Virus record (IMG/VR): IMGVR_UViG_3300048599_000900
Location: 1-41,798 of that record
Length of the DNA: 41,798 nucleotides
From: a virus
Lineage: Duplodnaviria; Caudoviricetes
Reading direction: 5' to 3' (one strand)
Shown: one piece after another, positions 36,648 through 41,798 of the stretch
Numbering within the stretch: the first letter of the stretch is position 1
Layout of the letters: every line of letters begins with the position of its first letter
Notes under the pieces: model-generated
Told to the model about the DNA's origin: nothing
The model's input: only the letters and a program-made list of their open reading frames with translations
The model's database searches: none
Program-made: the position numbers and the translations under genes

Positions 36648-37434
36648 TCCTCTCCCCGGCGCCGCGCCGTGGGTCGGCGGCAAGCGCCAGCTCGCCAGCC
36701 GCATCATCGCGCGAATCGGGGCGATCCCCCACACCTGCTATGCCGAACCGTTCCTGGGCATGGGCGGGGTGTTCTTCCGGCGACCCCGCAGGCCACCGGC
36801 GGAAGCCATCAACGATCTGAACCGCGAGGTGTCCAACCTGTTCCGGGTGCTGCAACGCCACCCGGACGCCCTCTTCGCCGAGCTGCGATGGAAGGTGAAC
36901 GCGCTTGCCGAGTTCGACCGCCTGCGCGCCGAGAACCCGGACCTGCTCACCGACGTGGAACGGGCGGCGCGGTTCGCCTTCATCCAGTACGCCACCTTCG
37001 GGGGGAAGGTCCGGACCACCTCCTTCGGCCGATCGACGACCGGGCGGGCGCGGTTCGAGGCCGGACGGGTGCGCCGCCTGTTCGAGGCGATGCACGAGCG
37101 GCTCGGAGGGGTCCACATCGACGGATTGCCCTACGCCGAGTTCATCGAGCGTTGGGATCGCCCCGGAACCCTCTTCTATGTTGATCCGCCATATCACGGG
37201 CACGAAGGCGACTATGGGCGGGGGATGTATGGCCCGGACGACTTTGCGCGTCTGGCGGGCCTCCTGGCGCGGATAAAGGGGCGGTTCCTGCTCTCCCTGA
37301 ACGACGTGCCGGAGGTGCGGGACATCTTCTCCGGCTTCGACATGGAGGAAGTGGCGCTCACCTACACCGTGGGCGGAGGGGGAAAGGCAAAGGCGGCGCG
37401 CGAGTTGCTGATCAGCGGCGGAGGGGGATCATGA
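36619..37434 (+). CDS. D12-class (Dam-like) DNA adenine methyltransferase
   Basis: WVGGKR, YAEPFLG.GGV, INDLN, FYVDPPY. Alternative ATG at 36610. Confidence 0.93.
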   Translation: MAAETSKPVDPLPGAAPWVGGKRQLASRIIARIGAIPHTCYAEPFLGMGGVFFRRPRRPPAEAINDLNREVSNLFRVLQRHPDALFAELRWKVNALAEFDRLRAENPDLLTDVERAARFAFIQYATFGGKVRTTSFGRSTTGRARFEAGRVRRLFEAMHERLGGVHIDGLPYAEFIERWDRPGTLFYVDPPYHGHEGDYGRGMYGPDDFARLAGLLARIKGRFLLSLNDVPEVRDIFSGFDMEEVALTYTVGGGGKAKAARELLISGGGGS

Positions 37435-38795
37435 ATTCCCCTCACATCCTGATCCCGGAGGGCACGCCGCGCATCCAGTACATCGCGGATGGCGAGGAGG
37501 CGGCCTTCGCCTTCCCGTTTCCCATCTTCGAGGCGGGCGACCTCCTCGTCTACCTCGGGGTGGAACTGCGGAAGGAAGGCTACCACGTCGGCGGCGCCGG
37601 GCTGACCGAGGGCGGGGCGGTGACATTCGTCGATCCCCCTCCGGCAGGTTCGGTCGTCACCTTGGCCCGCTCGGTGCCGATCGCGCGGACCACCGACTTC
37701 CAGGAAGGCGGGTCGTTCCGCGCCCGTGTGCTCAACGAGGAACTCGACCGCATCGCCTGCATGGCGCAGCAGCTTCTGGAGAAGTTCGATCGGGTGATCT
37801 TCCGCCCGATCACCTCGACCTCGGTGGCATCGCTCGCCCTCCCGGACCCGACTGCGGGGAGGGCGCTGAAGTTCGGCGCGGACGGCGCGCTCACGGTGTC
37901 CAGAGGCGATCCCGACCAGGCGCAGGCGGACGCGGCGTCGTCGGTGACGACGGCGCAATATCACGCCTCGGTCGCCCTGGCGGCGCGCATCGGGGCGGAG
38001 GCCGCTCGGGACATTGCGCTCGACGCGCTCGACCACTTCGACGATCGCTACCTCGGTCCGAAGCCGGGTGACCCGACGACGGACAACGACGGCGATCCTC
38101 TGGAAGGAGGTGCGCTCTACTTCAACACCGCTTCGGGCTCTCTCCGTCTGTGGACGGGAGCGGCCTGGGTTGCCGCCTACGTCTCGGGGGCGGATTACCT
38201 GCTGATCGCCAATGCCCTCGCGGAGATCGCGGCAGCGGGGCTCCAGGCGATGGCGAAGGCAAGCCTCGGTGTCGAGGTCATGGGCGCGAACGTCGCCTCG
38301 GCCTCAACCGTCAACCTCGACGGCGCTTCCTGGGATTACGCCAGGATCACCGGAACCACGGCGATCACCGCGATCGTCCTCTCTTCCGGCCACCGGCGCA
38401 CGGTGGTGTTCGGCGGAGCCCTGACGCTCACGCACGGGGCGGCGCTGATCCTGCCGGGAGCGGCCAACATCACCACCGCGCCGGGAGACTGCGCGGTGTT
38501 TGTCGGCGAGGGGGCGGGCGTCGTGCGGTGCATCTCCTATACGAAGGCCTCCGGCCAGGCGGTCGTCACCCCTGCCACCGGCGTCACCTCATTCAACACC
38601 CGATCCGGCGCGGTCGCGCTCACCTCTGCGGACGTGTCGGCGGCCCTGCCGAGCGCGATCGTCAGCGCCGGGCAAATTCAAGTCGGCTCGATGTACAGCA
38701 GCGGGTACTACGCGATCCGCTTCACCCGCGCCAACGGCACCACCTTCGACGTGCCGACCGGCGCCTATTGGTCCTACGACAGCGGCGGGGGTTGA
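37431..38795 (+). CDS. Tail fibre (T7 gp17-like N-terminal attachment domain)
   Basis: Y.ADG....F.FPFPIF, R.TDF..GG.FRA..LN.ELD, GALYFNT. Confidence 0.85.
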   Translation: MNSPHILIPEGTPRIQYIADGEEAAFAFPFPIFEAGDLLVYLGVELRKEGYHVGGAGLTEGGAVTFVDPPPAGSVVTLARSVPIARTTDFQEGGSFRARVLNEELDRIACMAQQLLEKFDRVIFRPITSTSVASLALPDPTAGRALKFGADGALTVSRGDPDQAQADAASSVTTAQYHASVALAARIGAEAARDIALDALDHFDDRYLGPKPGDPTTDNDGDPLEGGALYFNTASGSLRLWTGAAWVAAYVSGADYLLIANALAEIAAAGLQAMAKASLGVEVMGANVASASTVNLDGASWDYARITGTTAITAIVLSSGHRRTVVFGGALTLTHGAALILPGAANITTAPGDCAVFVGEGAGVVRCISYTKASGQAVVTPATGVTSFNTRSGAVALTSADVSAALPSAIVSAGQIQVGSMYSSGYYAIRFTRANGTTFDVPTGAYWSYDSGGG

Positions 38796-38840
38796 GGGAA
38801 CGGCCCGGCCCCGAAGCCGCACCTCCTGGAGAAGCCTCGA

Positions 38841-39200
38841 ATGCCTGAAAAATCCCTCCTTGCCGACATGCAGGGCACGCTCGCCGCCGCCGGTTGGGCG
38901 ATCCTCTGGGCCCTGAGCGGTCGCCTGCTCTACGTGATGAACCTGGTCCGCATCGGCAAGCGAAAGGAGTTCTTCTCGGTTCAGACCGTGTGGGAACTGG
39001 GGGTCGCCGTCGGCATGGGTGTCGTCGCCGGCGGCCTTTCCGAATACCTGGGCCTCGAGGGGCTGACCAGCGCCGGGTTCATCGCGGCCGTCTCCTACCT
39101 CGGGCCTCACATCATCGAAGTTTTGCTGACCTTGGCGGCGCAGAAGGCGGGGCTCGAAACCCCGGCGACGCCGCACGCTCACCAGAAGGGGGAGGAGTGA
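38841..39200 (+). CDS. Holin-like membrane protein
   Basis: Several TM segments, YLGP motif, upstream of the endolysin. Confidence 0.75.
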   Translation: MPEKSLLADMQGTLAAAGWAILWALSGRLLYVMNLVRIGKRKEFFSVQTVWELGVAVGMGVVAGGLSEYLGLEGLTSAGFIAAVSYLGPHIIEVLLTLAAQKAGLETPATPHAHQKGEE

Positions 39201-39204
39201 TCCC

Positions 39205-39615
39205 ATGGACATGTCCCTGATGAAACGGGAGCTGACGCAGGACGAGGCCTTGCGGCTCAAGCCCTATCGCTGCACGGCGGGGAAGCTCACGATCGGCGTC
39301 GGCCGCAATCTCGACGACGTGGGCATCACCGCGAACGAGGCGGACTACCTCCTCGAGAACGACATCGGCCGCGCGATGGCGGACCTCGATCGCGCGTTGC
39401 CGTGGTGGCGGGGCCTTTCGGATTCGCGCCAGCGCGCTCTGGTCAACATGTGCTTCAACCTCGGGCTCACCCGGCTCCTGGGCTTCAAGGGGATGCTTTC
39501 GGCGCTCGAATCCGGGGACGGTGCAGAGGCGGCGCGTGAGGCGCTCGACAGCGCCTGGGCGCGGCAGGTCGGCGGTCGGGCGCAGCGCATAGCGAAGATG
39601 CTGGTGGAGGGCTGA
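39205..39615 (+). CDS. Endolysin (T4-like lysozyme)
   Basis: DE.LRLKPY.CTAGKLTIGVGRNL, NM.FNLG, DS.WA.QVG.RA.R. Confidence 0.93.
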   Translation: MDMSLMKRELTQDEALRLKPYRCTAGKLTIGVGRNLDDVGITANEADYLLENDIGRAMADLDRALPWWRGLSDSRQRALVNMCFNLGLTRLLGFKGMLSALESGDGAEAAREALDSAWARQVGGRAQRIAKMLVEG

Positions 39616-39618
39616 AGC

Positions 39619-40007
39619 ATGGCGTTCGGCATCGACGACGCCATCGCGGCGGCCTCAAGATCATCGACAAATTCGTCCCCGATCCGGCTGCGAAGCAGCA
39701 GGCGGAGGCGGACCTGCGCGCCTCCCTGATGTCGTGGGACCAGGGGCAAGCGGCGACCAATACGGCGGAGGCGCAGAGCGGAAACTGGTTCGTTGCCGGA
39801 TGGCGGCCGTGGATCGGCTGGGTTTGCGGCCTCGCGCTGGCGGTGCAGTTCGTGGTGGGCCCGCTCGCGGTGTGGGTGTTCGATCTGCTCGGTCACCCGA
39901 TCCAGGCACCGCCGACCCTCGACGACATGCTGTGGGAGCTGATGTTCGGCATGCTCGGCATGGGTGGCCTGCGAACCTTCGAGAAGATCAAGGGCGTGGC
40001 GCGGTAG
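39619..40007 (+). pseudogene. 3TM holin (DUF3154-like), frameshifted near 39650
   Basis: MAFGIDDAIA continues in another frame as GLKIIDKFVPDP...EAQS..WFVAGWRP.IGWVCG...GMLG.GGLRTFEK. Confidence 0.8.
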
Positions 40008-40064
40008 CTCTCGCGCCCGTTGCACGAGGAGAACTGTCGGATTTCCTTTCTCCGACGCCAAAAT

Positions 40065-40121
40065 GGTGGGACACTTTGCTTCTGAAACCCAAGGAAACGA
40101 TGGGCCCGGCGAGTGTCCCAC
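40065..40121. repeat. Putative integrase arm-type sites, right
   Basis: GGTGGGACACTT (40065-76) and inverted AGTGTCCCAC (40112-21). Confidence 0.65.
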
Positions 40122-40156
40122 TTTCTTCCAACCTGTTGGCGCGGCTGGGAAACGGT

Positions 40157-40179
40157 AGTCCGCCCCTGGGCACCATTCC
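40157..40179 (+). other. attR core: duplicated tRNA 3' end (probably tRNA-Leu)
   Basis: AGT-CCGCC-CCTGGGC-A-CCA fits T-arm 3' side, acceptor strand and CCA; 18 bp repeated at 41179-41196. Confidence 0.8.
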
Positions 40180-40263
40180 TCTCGTAACCCATTGAGAGGA
40201 AAGAAATCCTTCTAGATCATGGCCTAGCAGCATCCCTGGTGGTACAAACAGGGTGTACAAACG

Positions 40264-40443
40264 ATGGTCCTTGCCATGAGCCGTCCCGTAAAGCATCCGA
40301 AGACCGGTATCTACTACTTCCGAAAGGCTGTGCCTGAAGACCTCCGCGCCCTTGTGGGCAAGCGGGAGGAGAAAATCAGCCTCGGCACGAAGAACCCGGC
40401 AGAAGCCAAGCTTGATCGATGTCGCCTGGGGGGACGATCATGA
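40264..40443 (+). pseudogene. Truncated integrase N-terminus (DUF6538-like)
   Basis: MSRPVKHPKTGIYYFRKAVPEDLR..VGK.E...SLGTK.P.EAK then stop; GTACAAAC repeats upstream (40242, 40255). Confidence 0.8.
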
Positions 40444-41147
40444 AGCCGGAGATCTATTTGTCTTCATCGGAATGAAAGCGTTACCTCGCTCGACATGATT
40501 TTTTTGTCGAGCAGATAAAAGAGCGAGTATTTAAATGGTTCTCCGACGATGAAATGGGGAAAAGCGCTGATGATGAGGCGCAAAAAGTGTATCAAAGCTT
40601 TGCCAGTGCGCTGTTGGCCGGAACAGCAGACATAGATGATGCGCACGATATGGCGCGGGAAGAAGCCTATAATTTTTATAGCCTTCTGCTTGATATGAAA
40701 GTGAGCGTCTATCTCTCAGCATTGTCTACTGTATATCATCAATGGGACAAAGATATAAGGAGATTTCTAAGAGAATGGCTTGGATATTACTTCAATTACG
40801 GTGTGGTTAACAAATTTTGTGAGCAGCTAGACCAAGGTAAAATATTCTCAGAACTTGAGATTTTTGGCTTTTTCTTTAAGAAAATGGAATGCTATAGATC
40901 GATAACGGCCACCAGGCTTATCGTTAATGTGTATAAACATGGCCATGGTTCATCTTTACGGGCGCTTTCAAAAGAGTATCCTCGATATCTGACCCCGCCT
41001 TTCGGTGATCGAGAGAATGCGCGACCTTTCGACGCCCCCCTCCTTGAGAACCTGTCTATCACGGAAGCGGAGTTTGATGAGTTGGTCGGGGGAATGAGGC
41101 GGTTCTGGACGGAATTCCCCGAGCACTTAAGTGCCCCAGGGGCATAG
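40440..41147 (+). pseudogene. Low-GC hypothetical gene with in-frame TGA at 40473-40475
   Basis: ATG 40440 reads MKPEIYLSSSE*KRYLARHDFF..., in frame with the 40554 ORF. Confidence 0.65.
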
Positions 41148-41363
41148 GGCGGAATGGTGTAGGGGGGGGGTTAACCCTGCCCCTGGGCACCATTCCCCCC
41201 CATCCGTCTGAAACAAGGCTGGGCTCCGCCCGGGCTCATCGGGGCCGCAGGCTCCGAATCCCGTCCTTTTTTTGCCGCCGTCCGTCCATACGATCCTCCG
41301 TATTGTTTCGACAACGAGCGGAAATTCCAGCAATTTGACGTCGCCGAATTTTTCGTATGGGGA

Positions 41364-41798
41364 ATGACCATGGAACCCATTCAACTGCATCGCGGTCGGC
41401 TGATCGACCACGTCCAACTTGTCGTCCGCGACCTCAAGGCCAGCCGGGATTTCTACACCGCCGTTCTGTCCGTGCTGGAGATTCCCGTCGTCGATACGGA
41501 CGAGGGCTATTTCTGGGCGGACGAACTCGTCGTCTCCTCGCCGGAAAGTCCGGCGGCGCAGGGCGTACTGACGGGGCGGCACCATCTGGCCTTCCAGGCC
41601 AAGGACCACGCGACGGTGGATGCCTTCTACCGCGCGGCGATGGCCCATGGCGGGCGCGACAACGGCACACCCGGTGAGCGCGCCTATCACCCCGGATACT
41701 ACGCGGCGTTCGTTCTCGACCCCGACGGCAACAACATCGAGGCCGTCCATCACGGCGCAGCCCGGCGCAGCGCCGCGTCGGTGGTGATCGCTTTCTAG
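41364..41798 (+). CDS. VOC/glyoxalase family protein (host)
   Basis: IDHV.L.V.DL..S..FY, H.AF.A, YHPGYYAAFVLDPDGNNIEAV. Confidence 0.92.
   Translation: MTMEPIQLHRGRLIDHVQLVVRDLKASRDFYTAVLSVLEIPVVDTDEGYFWADELVVSSPESPAAQGVLTGRHHLAFQAKDHATVDAFYRAAMAHGGRDNGTPGERAYHPGYYAAFVLDPDGNNIEAVHHGAARRSAASVVIAF

Larger units (their letters stand above)
1..40175. mobile_element. Temperate podovirus-type prophage; attL presumably just left of the window
   Basis: Complete integrase-immunity-replication-packaging-head-tail-lysis gene order ending at a tRNA 3'-end sequence. Confidence 0.93.
40180..41196. mobile_element. Decayed second integrative element at the same att site
   Basis: Bounded by GCCCCTGGGCACCATTCC direct repeats; integrase fragment; low GC. 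Confidence 0.75.

Noticed and set aside
37431-38840. BPP-1-like diversity-generating retroelement at the tail fibre
   Set aside because: No reverse transcriptase and no template/variable repeat pair seen.
40140-40180. Complete tRNA gene
   Set aside because: Only the 3' ~19 nt are present; no D or anticodon arm.

Overview
Near-complete ~40 kb temperate podovirus-type prophage (Bordetella phage BPP-1-like/T7-like head-tail module with lambdoid regulation) in a GC-rich genome, probably an alphaproteobacterium. Gene order: tyrosine integrase and xis; leftward early operon (TSCPD-like, DUF5131, XRE, DnaQ, MazG-like, Rad50-like ATPase, RecT, PD-(D/E)XK nuclease); immunity region (OL/OR 17-bp operators, secreted thermonuclease, cI, cro, cII-like); GcrA-like and GapR-like proteins; RuvC-like, helicase, two methyltransferases, initiator with internal iterons; Q-like gene with late promoter and terminators; terminase, portal, scaffold, capsid, tail tubes, ejection proteins (one with a PBECR-type nuclease domain); com-dam cassette; tail fibre and lysis genes. 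The right end is a tRNA 3'-end att core at ~40157-40175. A decayed ~1 kb second element follows, bounded by the same att repeat, then a host VOC gene. Family calls come from motif recognition by eye, not from database searches. Starts were adjusted from the ORF track using RBS and gene overlaps.
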